From the NCBI GenBank assembly GCA_963662285.2, contig CAXXMV010000006.1, forward strand, positions 224,001 through 288,000: 64,000 bases of DNA. Direction: 5' to 3'. The DNA is from a bacterium. Its GTDB lineage: Bacteria > Hinthialibacterota > Hinthialibacteria > Hinthialibacterales > Hinthialibacteraceae. The notes beneath the pieces are model-generated. The model searched no databases and was not told the DNA's origin. It saw nothing but the letters and a program-made list of their open reading frames with translations. Made by a program: the position numbers and the translations under genes. Below, piece by piece: positions 1 to 9,439 of this stretch; positions within the stretch are counted from its first letter, which is position 1, and the number at the start of each line of letters is the position of its first letter.

Positions 1-483
1 GGGATCGAGGTGGTCATTTTCCTGTTTGATACGCCCGCGGATAATACCAAGTACAGCCTGCGCACCACATGGTACGCCGAACATAAAGATGAATCGACGC
101 TCAGTTTTTATTCAACGCCTATCGGTGAGAAATTTGTTGGTCCTGGCATCGCCCAATGCCTCTACGGTGGCTGCTTCTTCCTCTTTCCGCCCCGTTCGAT
201 TCCAGAAATTTGGAATGATCCACGTTTCGCTCAATACCGCACCCTGGAAGAACGCCTGATCGCCGGAGCGCTGTTTCATTCCAAAGAGAAGACCGTGGCT
301 ATTGTAAGTCCGCATTCTCCGCTTATGTCATGGAAGCAGATCGCCCGGCGTTTCAAGAAGAAACTGGTCTATATTCCCATGTCGCGCTTCTCGCATCAGA
401 CCATTGACCGTATGCGAATTTTTCATATCCTAAACGGTAAATCAATCCGTTCCTACGCTTCAAAATTTATCCAGGAGATGTAA
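1..483 (+). CDS. conserved hypothetical protein, C-terminal part (5' truncated by window edge)
   Basis: Frame open from base 1 to TAA at 481-483; protein-like composition; 6 bp from next gene. Confidence 0.7.
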   Translation, partial: GIEVVIFLFDTPADNTKYSLRTTWYAEHKDESTLSFYSTPIGEKFVGPGIAQCLYGGCFFLFPPRSIPEIWNDPRFAQYRTLEERLIAGALFHSKEKTVAIVSPHSPLMSWKQIARRFKKKLVYIPMSRFSHQTIDRMRIFHILNGKSIRSYASKFIQEM

Positions 484-489
484 TCCGCT

Positions 490-819
490 ATGCAGGATGA
501 AGCCACCAAACTGCTGCCCGCCAGTTATGAATCCATTGCGCGCTTGCAAGAGGAATTCAACCGATATCAGCAATCTGCTTTCCCGGTGCGGGGCGCAAAC
601 TTCTTCGCCCTCGAACTAAACGGCGAAGCGGGAGAATTAGCCAACCTGGAAAAAAAAGCCTGGAAGGGCAGGGAAATCGCCCATGATGATTTCTCTGACG
701 AAGCGGCTGACGTAATGATCGCCATCCTCAACTACGCCAATTCACGCAAAATTGATTTAGCCGCATCAGTGCAAAAGAAAATGCAAATCATCGATCAACG
801 GCGTCTGGCTGAGGACTAA
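490..819 (+). CDS. MazG-like nucleotide pyrophosphohydrolase domain protein
   Basis: ExGE..N..KK...DE.AD all-alpha NTP-PPase acidic motif (ELNGEAGELANLEKK...DEAADV). Confidence 0.75.
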   Translation: MQDEATKLLPASYESIARLQEEFNRYQQSAFPVRGANFFALELNGEAGELANLEKKAWKGREIAHDDFSDEAADVMIAILNYANSRKIDLAASVQKKMQIIDQRRLAED

Positions 820-844
820 GTTTTTATTTATTCCAGACCAAACT

Positions 845-877
845 GGGCGCCAAGGGCAGTGTATTTTCTGCCCTTGA
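845..877. repeat. REP-like palindrome family A (GGGYGCCAAGGGCAG..CTGCCCTTGA)
   Basis: Near-identical copies at 2025, 2141, 35810, 35994; variants at 43124, 47202. Confidence 0.85.
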
Positions 878-916
878 TTAAGTTCACATCATTGAATCCT
901 CACAAAAATCCATCCT

Positions 917-1870
917 TCATCCGTTGGCTTGTTTGATTGTTTTGCGAAGGTGCGTCAAGGCGGCTTTATATGTATCCGGCCCGACGTATTCCAAAAACAG
1001 CGGCGCATCGGGCGTGCGTTCGGCGGCCAGTTTGACGAACTTGATATAGTCCAGGTCGCCTTGTCCGGCGGGAACGCCGCGGTCAACGTGCAACTTGCGG
1101 TCTTTGGCGTGCAGGCAATCGATGTAAGGCGTGAGCTGATCGAACATCTCTTGCAGATCATTCATCTCCAGCAGGTTGGCCGGGTCTAATAGCGCCCGCA
1201 GCCGGGGTGAGCCGACTTCCTCCAGGAACACTCTCGTCCTTTTGGCGCTGCAGAAGAAATGGCGGTAAAACGGCTCGAATAGAACGATGGCTTTGTACTG
1301 TTCAGCCAATTCGGCCAGTTCTTGCGCTGTGGCCAGCATTTGCTTCCAAATTTCTTCTTGCAGATGATATTCCACCGTAGGCGCCGGTTTCTTGGCGTCA
1401 TGAAAATGTCCCGCTTCGGTGATAAAAGTATTTACCTTCATATAAGCGCCGATTTTCATCATCGCTTCAAAGTAGGCCAAATTCTTTTTGCGTTCAGCGG
1501 GATCGGGGTGAATCAGGTTGGTGTAAACCCCGATGCTATGGATCGAGATTCCAGCATCGCGGTATGTATCAGCGATTTCGCGGCATCGATCAGCCGTCAT
1601 ATCAGAGACGTCATTGCGGAAATTATATTTCCAGTAGTTGCTGTCAGTTTGGGTCAGAAAGAGTTGAATGGTATCAACGTCTTCAGCGGCCAGTTCCTTA
1701 GCCAGCCGGGCGTTGGTGTAGGTGCGGAATTCTGTAGTTGCAATGCCGATAGTCAGGTCGCGCGGCGTCTTGTTAGCCTTGCGGGCGAATGCAGTTGATG
1801 AAGCGGCCAGCGTGGCAGCTACTGCTCCGGTCTTGAAAAGGTCGCGGCGTTTTATGATAGTCTGATTCAT
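917..1870 (-). CDS. Tat-exported sugar phosphate isomerase/epimerase (xylose-isomerase-like TIM barrel)
   Basis: KRRDLFK twin-Arg signal; FEP, LDPAN, HAKD, GQGDLD motifs. Confidence 0.85.
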   Translation of the reverse strand: MNQTIIKRRDLFKTGAVAATLAASSTAFARKANKTPRDLTIGIATTEFRTYTNARLAKELAAEDVDTIQLFLTQTDSNYWKYNFRNDVSDMTADRCREIADTYRDAGISIHSIGVYTNLIHPDPAERKKNLAYFEAMMKIGAYMKVNTFITEAGHFHDAKKPAPTVEYHLQEEIWKQMLATAQELAELAEQYKAIVLFEPFYRHFFCSAKRTRVFLEEVGSPRLRALLDPANLLEMNDLQEMFDQLTPYIDCLHAKDRKLHVDRGVPAGQGDLDYIKFVKLAAERTPDAPLFLEYVGPDTYKAALTHLRKTIKQANG

Positions 1871-1953
1871 GATATCACCTCTGATTTGGGCTGATGTTCT
1901 AGTAGTACGATCAGTTTCTTTATAGTGTGTTTTGTTAATCTATAATTTTTTTT

Positions 1954-2261
1954 TCACCCTAGTCCTCTTCCCGGCTGGCGGATCTTTACCCACAATTTTT
2001 ATGTGGCTACTTAGATATCAATACGGGTGCCAAGGGCAGCGTCCTTTCTGCCCTTGACGACAACTATAGAGAAACTGAATAATTTCTATAAATATTTATC
2101 TTTTTTAATTGAATTATCGAAAGATATTAGGTGACCTGAATCAAGGGCAGAAAATACACTGCCCTTGGCACCCAATATTGTCCTATATTCAGATAATTTA
2201 ATTTCTCATAATCTCCCTTATTGATATTTGTGGGTCAAGATTAGCCCTGGTTGGAGAGGGG
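1954..2261. repeat. composite nested repeat element containing an inverted pair of family-A REPs
   Basis: Homologous, in opposite orientation, to 35797-36110. Confidence 0.75.
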
Positions 2262-2267
2262 ATATAC

Positions 2268-3707
2268 TTACAATGACCATCCATCCCGGTACGTGCGATG
2301 TAAGAACTTATTAGCATCCTTGTCATTGGTGATTTTCATGTTTGGTCCATCCCAATCAATCCTGCGGCCAGCCCGTAATGCGACGTTGCCTAACAGGGGC
2401 GTCTCTGTGAGTATTCCTCCGTGATCTACAAAGTTCGATCCGGGCGCCTCTCCACCCCGGCAGGCATTGACCCATTCATCAAAGTGTCCCGGAGAGCGGG
2501 GCAGCGTCTTGGGCGGCTGCTTGTAGGCTTTCATTTTTGCATCGGTGAATATTTGGCGTCCCATCATTGTGCCCTTATCTCCGACGTATATTATGCCTGA
2601 CGCGCTGCGCCCCGGTTCAAGGTCTTTAGGACGGGCTGGCTTCAAACCGCCGTCATACCAATGCAGCGTAACCGGAGGCATATCGCCGCGCGCCGCGAAT
2701 TCGTAATGCGCCAGAACTCCCAGCGGGTATACATCAGGAAACATCTTGGTAGAACTGGCTTCAACGCTGATGGGATGGGTTAGATTCAAGGCCTTGAACA
2801 CGGTTGATAATGTATGGCAGCCCAGATCGCCCAATTGGCCGTTGGCGAAGTCCATCCAGTTGCGCCAGACCCAGGGATGATATTCGGGGTGATAGGGGCG
2901 CTCCGGCGCAGGTCCAAGCCATAAATCCCAATCCAGCCCGTCGGGAACCGGCGGCGTCTCATCGGGGCGTCTTAGAAACGCAGGCCAATGCCAGAACCGG
3001 GCGGAGATCGAAACATGCACTTCATGCACATTACCAATGGCGCCGTCGGCGATTATCTCTCTGGTCAGGCGGTCTTCTTCGGTGGCTTGTCCCTGGTTGC
3101 CCAGCTGGGTGGCAACTCCAGCGCGTTTGGCTTCCCGGGCGATCATCCGCGCTTCCTGCACCGACCAGGTCAGCGGCTTCTCGCAATAGACATGCTTGCG
3201 TTTTTTCAGCGCCGCCATAGTGACTACTGCATGAGAGTGATCCGGCGTGGCTACCATAACGGCGTCAACGTCTTCCTTCTCCAGCAGTTCGCGGTAATTG
3301 GCGTATGCGCGGCAGGCTTTGTATTGGGCTTGATCTTTTTGTTCAGAATAGAATTCATCAACCATACGTCGCGCCGGTTCGCGTCCTGAAATCTTGGTTT
3401 GTTTACCTTGCTCCCAGTCCCACGAAATATAGCCGTCGCTCTCGCGGTTCACATCGCAGACCGCCGCAACCTGGATTTCATCGAAGCGCAGGAATGTACG
3501 CAGGTTTTGACGTCCCCGTCCTCCCACGCCAATGCAGGCCAAGGTGGTTTTATCATTCGGCGCCACTCCGGTTGTCTGCGCTAGAACATGAGCAGGAACA
3601 ATGGAGAACGCCGGGGCAGCCATAGCCTTGTGCAGAAACGTGCGACGGGAAACTACATGATTGGATTTGCCCGCTTCATTATTGATTGGTAAACCAGTAT
3701 TTTTCAT
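2268..3707 (-). CDS. Tat-exported Gfo/Idh/MocA family oxidoreductase
   Basis: SRRTFL signal; IGVGGRG Rossmann motif; ATPDHSH; CEKP; DLGCH. Confidence 0.9.
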   Translation of the reverse strand: MKNTGLPINNEAGKSNHVVSRRTFLHKAMAAPAFSIVPAHVLAQTTGVAPNDKTTLACIGVGGRGRQNLRTFLRFDEIQVAAVCDVNRESDGYISWDWEQGKQTKISGREPARRMVDEFYSEQKDQAQYKACRAYANYRELLEKEDVDAVMVATPDHSHAVVTMAALKKRKHVYCEKPLTWSVQEARMIAREAKRAGVATQLGNQGQATEEDRLTREIIADGAIGNVHEVHVSISARFWHWPAFLRRPDETPPVPDGLDWDLWLGPAPERPYHPEYHPWVWRNWMDFANGQLGDLGCHTLSTVFKALNLTHPISVEASSTKMFPDVYPLGVLAHYEFAARGDMPPVTLHWYDGGLKPARPKDLEPGRSASGIIYVGDKGTMMGRQIFTDAKMKAYKQPPKTLPRSPGHFDEWVNACRGGEAPGSNFVDHGGILTETPLLGNVALRAGRRIDWDGPNMKITNDKDANKFLHRTYRDGWSL

Positions 3708-3888
3708 CGCCGAACCTCACATGATTTATTGAGTTATTCTACCAAAAATTATTCTATATTTATACCCGAAGATTATTATTCCCTGGATTGTCTTTGAGTC
3801 ATATAATACTTTACTGAAGCCGACTGTATTGCGAAGCCGATATCTTGATGATAATCTACCAGTATAAATATCGACAAGTGCGAAAGGA

Positions 3889-5202
3889 ATGACGATGGAT
3901 ATTCGTTTGGCCTATGGAAAAGATGGATTGAATGTAAGCGTACCGGATGAAAATATCGCCGGAGTAATTCACATGAATCAGATGCCTCCGGTTGAAAATT
4001 TGAAAGAGTCTATTCTGGAATCCCTGCAAAATCCCATCCAGAGCGCTCCACTATCAGAAATCGCCCAGGGGCGCGAGTCGGCGGTAATTGTAATTTCCGA
4101 TATCAGCCGTCCGGTTCCCAACCAGGTGATCCTTCCGGTTATTCTGGATACTATCGAACAGTCTGGCATCCCCCGCGATAAGATTACCATCCTGATCGCA
4201 ACCGGCATTCATCGCCCTAATCTCGGTGATGAACTGATCGAGTTGGTAGGCGAGGATATAGCCAAGAACTACCGTTGCGAGAACCATTACTCCGAAGACC
4301 CAAACGCTACTGAGTACGTCGGCGACATCGGCGACGGCATCCCCATATATATCAATAAACATTACCTGGCCGCTGACTTGAAAATCGCTACCGGTCTGGT
4401 CGAATTGCATTTAATGGCGGGATTCTCCGGAGGCCGTAAAGCCATCCTGCCCGGCATCGCTTCACTGGAAACCATGAAGCATCTGCATGGATACCGCATG
4501 ATCCAGAAAGATACCGTCTGCAACGGTCTGCTCAAGGGCAATCCCTTCCACGAAGGATCGGTTGAAGTGGCGCGTAAAGTCGGGGTTGATTTCATCGTCA
4601 ATGTAACGCTCGACGAAGAGCGGCGCATCACCGGCGTCTTCAGCGGAGACCTCGAAGCAGCCCATGAACAGGCCTGCGAGCTGATCAGAAAGAGCGCGTT
4701 GGTCGAGATCGAAGCCGAAGCCGATATCGTCATCACCAACGGCGGCGGTTACCCGCTGGACAAGACGCTCTATCAATCCATCAAAGGTCTGGTCGGAGCA
4801 TTGGACGCGGTCAAATCAGGCGGCACGGTCATCATCGCCACCCTCAATGAAGAGGGCGCGGGCAGCGAAGATTTCGAAAAACTACTGCGCAGCCTGGATG
4901 ATCCAATGCAGTTTTATGATATCGTCATGGGGCCGGATTACGTCGCCAAAGATCAATGGATGATTCAGGAACTGGTTAACGGATTGCATCATTGCGAGGT
5001 GCTCTATTGCACCGAAAACATCAGCGATGAGGATTTGCGCGCTTACAACCTCAAACCAATCTCTACGGTAGAAGAAGGCATCGAGCAGGCCCTGGCCCGT
5101 CATGGTAAAGACGCCAGCATCCTGGTGTTGCCCGAAGGTCCATACGTGATTCCCAAGTCGCCCAATCCCAAACAGAACCTGTATTCATGGCAAACCGCCT
5201 AA
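3889..5202 (+). CDS. larA: LarA family nickel-pincer-dependent 2-hydroxyacid racemase/epimerase
   Basis: SDISRPVP, ATGIHR, H.MAGFSGGRKAILPG, GGYPLD..YQSIKG motifs; substrate unknown. Confidence 0.85.
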   Translation: MTMDIRLAYGKDGLNVSVPDENIAGVIHMNQMPPVENLKESILESLQNPIQSAPLSEIAQGRESAVIVISDISRPVPNQVILPVILDTIEQSGIPRDKITILIATGIHRPNLGDELIELVGEDIAKNYRCENHYSEDPNATEYVGDIGDGIPIYINKHYLAADLKIATGLVELHLMAGFSGGRKAILPGIASLETMKHLHGYRMIQKDTVCNGLLKGNPFHEGSVEVARKVGVDFIVNVTLDEERRITGVFSGDLEAAHEQACELIRKSALVEIEAEADIVITNGGGYPLDKTLYQSIKGLVGALDAVKSGGTVIIATLNEEGAGSEDFEKLLRSLDDPMQFYDIVMGPDYVAKDQWMIQELVNGLHHCEVLYCTENISDEDLRAYNLKPISTVEEGIEQALARHGKDASILVLPEGPYVIPKSPNPKQNLYSWQTA

Positions 5203-5221
5203 TGCGTCATTAGAAAACATG

Positions 5222-5250
5222 TTGCATTGATTAGAATTTGATATTATACT
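5222..5250 (+). promoter_or_regulatory. putative sigma70 promoter
   Basis: TTGCAT-N17-TATACT upstream of 5301. Confidence 0.5.
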
Positions 5251-5300
5251 GAATATAATCTTAATAGAACTACAGAATCATCAGAAAGGACTTCGAAAAA

Positions 5301-5819
5301 ATGCCGGTCAAACCAAGTGAACAAACCATCTTGAAAACTTACACGCTTGATGAACTGATCGATTTAACAAAACAAAGAGCGCAGATGGAAGTTCGGGAAC
5401 AAATGAATGAAGCTCGAAGTCATCTAGATGCGCTATCTCTGTCCATGGGCGAGAAGACAAAAAGCGCTGTCAGCCTCCCTGTCAAAGCAAAAGGCAAGGT
5501 TGCGAAATCCAAAGCCAAAAAAACCAAATCACGACGCGCGGCGAAAGCAGCTGTTGAAAAAGTCACAGCGGCGCCAGCCGCAAAAGACTCTGACGCCGGC
5601 GCCGCAACGAAAATGTCCCTGGGCAATCACCTGACAGCAGTACTGCGCGCCAAACCGATGGATATCAAAACCATCACAGCTGCTCTGGCTGAAAATGGCT
5701 ATACCAGCGAATCCAAAGACCCACGGCGCATCCTATATCTAGAATTAAAAAAGCAGATATTAAAAGGAACCGTGGCCAAAGTTGGACGCGGCAAATATAA
5801 GAAAACCAAAAAGAAATAA
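5301..5819 (+). CDS. basic nucleoid-associated-like protein (N-terminal helix, K/A-rich linker, C-terminal winged-helix-like domain)
   Basis: RBS GAAAGGA; very Lys/Ala-rich; C-terminal KVGRGKY wing; own promoter and terminator. Confidence 0.65.
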   Translation: MPVKPSEQTILKTYTLDELIDLTKQRAQMEVREQMNEARSHLDALSLSMGEKTKSAVSLPVKAKGKVAKSKAKKTKSRRAAKAAVEKVTAAPAAKDSDAGAATKMSLGNHLTAVLRAKPMDIKTITAALAENGYTSESKDPRRILYLELKKQILKGTVAKVGRGKYKKTKKK

Positions 5820-5855
5820 TTTCTTGTAACGCTTAAACAGATAAACTCGTTAATC

Positions 5856-5901
5856 AGGGTATAGACCGTGTTTGATTACATGGTCTATACCCTTTGTTTT
5901 T
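5856..5901 (+). terminator. intrinsic terminator
   Basis: AGGGTATAGACC..GGTCTATACCCT hairpin followed by T-rich tract. Confidence 0.75.
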
Positions 5902-5924
5902 GTTATGATTTTGCCTTGCAACAC

Positions 5925-5958
5925 GTCGGGTGGTTCACGCTTCACCGACCCACCGAAT
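5925..5958. repeat. degenerate GTAG-type REP family B
   Basis: Similar to GTAGGGTGGGTCGCG..GACCCACCGAAT at 54056. Confidence 0.6.
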
Positions 5959-5991
5959 CAATATTGTAGAACATTACCAAACTCTCTAATG

Positions 5992-6957
5992 CTATTCGTT
6001 CTCAGGAAACCAAGAGCGTATGAACGACGCTTCGGTTCCTGCATAGGATGCTTTGGCGAGGAATTCCACGCCATGTTGGTTCCCCCACGAGTAGAGAATT
6101 ACGGTTTGTCCCCGGAATTCGCAGAAATCGATATCGGAGTTGTTTATATTCTTTGCTTCTGCGATCAATTTTCGTTGTTCAACAGTCAGTTTCGGATTAG
6201 CAATTTTTTTATCATCTTCGCTGTGACGCAGTACGGGATTGAGTGGACTTGGTTCCCAGTGCATCAAGTCCTTGGAACGAACCACGCGCATCTCGTATCC
6301 CTGGTAGGCTTCCAGGTAGAAATCGTAATAGTAGCCTTCGAGGTAACGCAGGCAATGCGGCGCTGTGTAGCGGTCTTTGGAGTATACGCATTCGGGAGGC
6401 GTTACTGTCCATGAGATTAAATCTTTTGAAGTTGCGAAACGGGCGGTGAATCCTGCTCCAGTCTCTTCTTTGGGAGCGCCGATTTCGAACATCAATACAT
6501 AACCGTTTTTATCCCGGCACATTGATGTGTTGAAAATCTCGTATTTTGAAATATCCAGTACGGTTCGCGACTGCCAGTTTATCATATCCGTGGAATAAAA
6601 TAATTCGATCCGGCTGCCGCCCCATTTATCAACCCCGGTAACATAGACCGTTTTACCATCCACAAACGCACTGCCCAAATGATAGCCCTTGGCGAAACCT
6701 TTGGTTGGTTCTTGCGCTTCTACATCGATAAACCGGAAATACGAATCTCCTGTTGTGTTAGGTTTATATTTTGCGCGGACATATTCGAACCAGTAGAGAC
6801 GGTCTTGGAAAACAACAGGCGTACATTCAACCAGATCGAGATCAATGGTTCCATGTTTCACTATCAAAGGTTTTTGCAGTAATCCCGTTTCATCCGCTAA
6901 GCCAAAGGGTATTACCTGAAACATCAGCAGCAATAATAAAGCATATCGCAATATCAT
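5992..6957 (-). CDS. secreted glycoside-hydrolase-like five-bladed beta-propeller protein
   Basis: Signal peptide; repeated S.DL..W blades; NPVL. Confidence 0.65.
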   Translation of the reverse strand: MILRYALLLLLMFQVIPFGLADETGLLQKPLIVKHGTIDLDLVECTPVVFQDRLYWFEYVRAKYKPNTTGDSYFRFIDVEAQEPTKGFAKGYHLGSAFVDGKTVYVTGVDKWGGSRIELFYSTDMINWQSRTVLDISKYEIFNTSMCRDKNGYVLMFEIGAPKEETGAGFTARFATSKDLISWTVTPPECVYSKDRYTAPHCLRYLEGYYYDFYLEAYQGYEMRVVRSKDLMHWEPSPLNPVLRHSEDDKKIANPKLTVEQRKLIAEAKNINNSDIDFCEFRGQTVILYSWGNQHGVEFLAKASYAGTEASFIRSWFPENE

Positions 6958-7037
6958 GGTTTTCTCCTCATAAAAATTGTGATTGGTATTTTAATGTAGA
7001 AACATAATAGAGTATCAAATTAGCGTTATGAAGTCAT

Positions 7038-7121
7038 GTAGGGTGAGTCGCGCTTTATCGACCCACTGCAAGCCACTATAGTCCACCATAATCGGTGGAT
7101 CATAAAACGCGACATCTCTAT
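7038..7121. repeat. REP doublet (REPIN-like), family B
   Basis: Two inverted REPs, GTAG outer-left and CTAT outer-right; same layout as 54056-54137. Confidence 0.75.
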
Positions 7122-7142
7122 GGGGCTAGATAAGACGATGGA

Positions 7143-8933
7143 TTAGAATATATTTCTGAAATAATCATGATTCAAACCCATTAAAGTTACAGCTTCTTTA
7201 ACATGCTTTTGTCGTAAGGAATTTGAATTATTAAGATCGGCAATTGTTCTGCTTACTAATAATAGTTTAACTTCCATCCTTTTTGTCAAATCAAGTCTTT
7301 TATAAATATCATTTAAATAATTCTTTGTTTCATCTGGAATGGCATTGGAATATTTTTTGAATTGTGCTTTGTCTTGAACTTCTGAATTAGTGTTTATATC
7401 ACTAGATTCAAGGAATCTTGCTCTTTGATATTGCCTTGCTTTAGTGATATTGCTTTTTATTGTGACCGTTGCGTAATTCTTGGCTTCTTCAAATGAATCA
7501 TCACATGATGATACAAAGACTTTCAAATCGATTCTGTCCATTAGAGGTTGGCTCAATTTGTTACGGTATTTATATATCTCTCTTCCTGAACATTTGCATT
7601 TTTTATACAGTTTCTTGTCAGGGTGATCTCTACATTGGGAATCTTTCCCAAAAAATGCTTTATTGCATACAGGGCAACAATAGTGACCTAACCAACCACA
7701 CTTACAAGGATTCATGGCTGCCACAAATATAAAACTACAAGGATATTCTAGTGTGCTGTGAACTCGTTGTACTTTGTTAACACGGTCATTTAATATGTTT
7801 CTTAATTTGTCAAGAGTATCTGGTTGAAGTAAGTTTATCTCATCGAATAATAGAATCCCATTATGTGCTAGTGAAACAAGGCCAGGAGCCGGGTATGGAG
7901 TTCCTCCTCCAAATAATGCGGCAGGAGTAGCGTTATGTACTTCTTGATATGGACGATTATTAATTATTTCATTCTCTTTTAAGTCTCCTTTTGCACTATA
8001 TATTTTATTAACTTCAAATATTTCTGATAGACTCATTTCAGGAAGAAGCTTCGTTGCAGCTTTTGCTAACATCGTTTTTCCGTGGCCTGGAGGACCTACT
8101 AGAAGAATATTATGACCACCAGCAAGAGCTACGGTCATTGCGCGTTTTGCAATTGATATTCCTTCAATATCTTTTAAATCAGGAACCTGACGTAAAATCC
8201 CTTTTTTTATAATATTCCTATTTTTTATCCTTGTTTTTCTTACAGATTTTATTCCTAAAATAACATTCCATACTTCCTGTAAATCATATGCCTTATAACT
8301 TTTTACATTTTTCTTAGTACTAGTCACAATGGAAGCATGAACTTCTGCATCTTCCGGTACAATTAAAGTAAATCCTTCTTTAACACATGAAATCATACCA
8401 AACATGCCTACCTCAGGTGAGATTATGCAACCTGAAGTTATTTCTAAAGTGCCAATTAACAAGTATTTATTTTTGTTTTCTGATAGCCTCTTTTTGTATT
8501 GTTCCACTCTATTTTTTTGGTTTATTAAGGCTTCTATATTTTTTATAATGCATGCTTTTTTATCTAAATCTCTTGGATTTTCTCCTAAATTTGTAATCTT
8601 TGTCTCGAATTCTTTGATCTTATCATTAATTTTATCTAAATTTTGTAAGATGCTTGCATGCAATAGTTGAATAGCTATTGGCAAATCTAGTCCAGAGGAA
8701 TTTTTAGGCGTCCCTGCTGGACTTAATGCTAATGTATAACCCTGATTATCTAATATATCAGACCAATCACCGTCTAATGTTTCAATCGCTTTAGATGCTC
8801 TTATAAAACCTTCTTTTACTACTTTACTTGCAAGACCTAGAATGCTAACACTGCTTCTATTCTCATCTTTTGTAGCCGTGAATCGTACTAAGTTTCCTTC
8901 TATACCGTGAATATCTGCACCATATATTTCCAT
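7143..8933 (-). CDS. divergent ComM/YifB (Mg-chelatase-like) AAA+ ATPase
   Basis: LSPAGTPKNSSGLDLPIA, Walker A GPPGHGKT, Walker B LLFDE, AAMNPCKCG, PLMDRIDL, RTIADL; AT-rich. Confidence 0.9.
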   Translation of the reverse strand: MEIYGADIHGIEGNLVRFTATKDENRSSVSILGLASKVVKEGFIRASKAIETLDGDWSDILDNQGYTLALSPAGTPKNSSGLDLPIAIQLLHASILQNLDKINDKIKEFETKITNLGENPRDLDKKACIIKNIEALINQKNRVEQYKKRLSENKNKYLLIGTLEITSGCIISPEVGMFGMISCVKEGFTLIVPEDAEVHASIVTSTKKNVKSYKAYDLQEVWNVILGIKSVRKTRIKNRNIIKKGILRQVPDLKDIEGISIAKRAMTVALAGGHNILLVGPPGHGKTMLAKAATKLLPEMSLSEIFEVNKIYSAKGDLKENEIINNRPYQEVHNATPAALFGGGTPYPAPGLVSLAHNGILLFDEINLLQPDTLDKLRNILNDRVNKVQRVHSTLEYPCSFIFVAAMNPCKCGWLGHYCCPVCNKAFFGKDSQCRDHPDKKLYKKCKCSGREIYKYRNKLSQPLMDRIDLKVFVSSCDDSFEEAKNYATVTIKSNITKARQYQRARFLESSDINTNSEVQDKAQFKKYSNAIPDETKNYLNDIYKRLDLTKRMEVKLLLVSRTIADLNNSNSLRQKHVKEAVTLMGLNHDYFRNIF

Positions 8934-8934
8934 G

Positions 8935-9432
8935 TTATTTCCTCATATGTGGATGTTTTAAAGAATGATGATATTCGCAAAGAGTAATCAAATTATCAAT
9001 AGCATTTGTTCCGCCTTTAGACAAAGGAATAATATGATGTACATGGAGTGTGTCACTGCAATAAGCGTTAAACTCTTGGCATTCAAAATTATCTCTCTCT
9101 AAAACATTATTCCTTATTGAAATCCAATCTTCACCATAATCTTCTTTATTCAGTACATTTTGAGTAGGAATATTAATACTGCTAATACGACTCCCATCGA
9201 AATCTTTTAAGTCATTTAATTGTTTGTCTATGAGTTCGTTTTTTTCAATTAGAGAGTTATAAGTATCTGATTGCTGTACACAAGATTTATAAATAATCTG
9301 CGCATTATGAATTTCATTCTTATTATTTAAAAATCCAAATGAAAATAATCTGAGCCAAAAATCTTTATTTTTTGCCTGTTCTAATTTCTTATGGGCGCTT
9401 TTAATAGACTTTACTAATTGTTGTTTAGCCAT
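8935..9432 (-). CDS. HNH endonuclease with N-terminal helical/coiled-coil extension
   Basis: W..IR..VLERD..EC..C...HVHHIIPLSKGGTN...NLITLC..HH..KH. Confidence 0.92.
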   Translation of the reverse strand: MAKQQLVKSIKSAHKKLEQAKNKDFWLRLFSFGFLNNKNEIHNAQIIYKSCVQQSDTYNSLIEKNELIDKQLNDLKDFDGSRISSINIPTQNVLNKEDYGEDWISIRNNVLERDNFECQEFNAYCSDTLHVHHIIPLSKGGTNAIDNLITLCEYHHSLKHPHMRK

Positions 9433-9439
9433 TTTTTGT

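Noticed and set aside
3889-5202. LarA without larBCE as an anomaly
   Set aside because: Stand-alone LarA homologues with cofactor genes elsewhere are common
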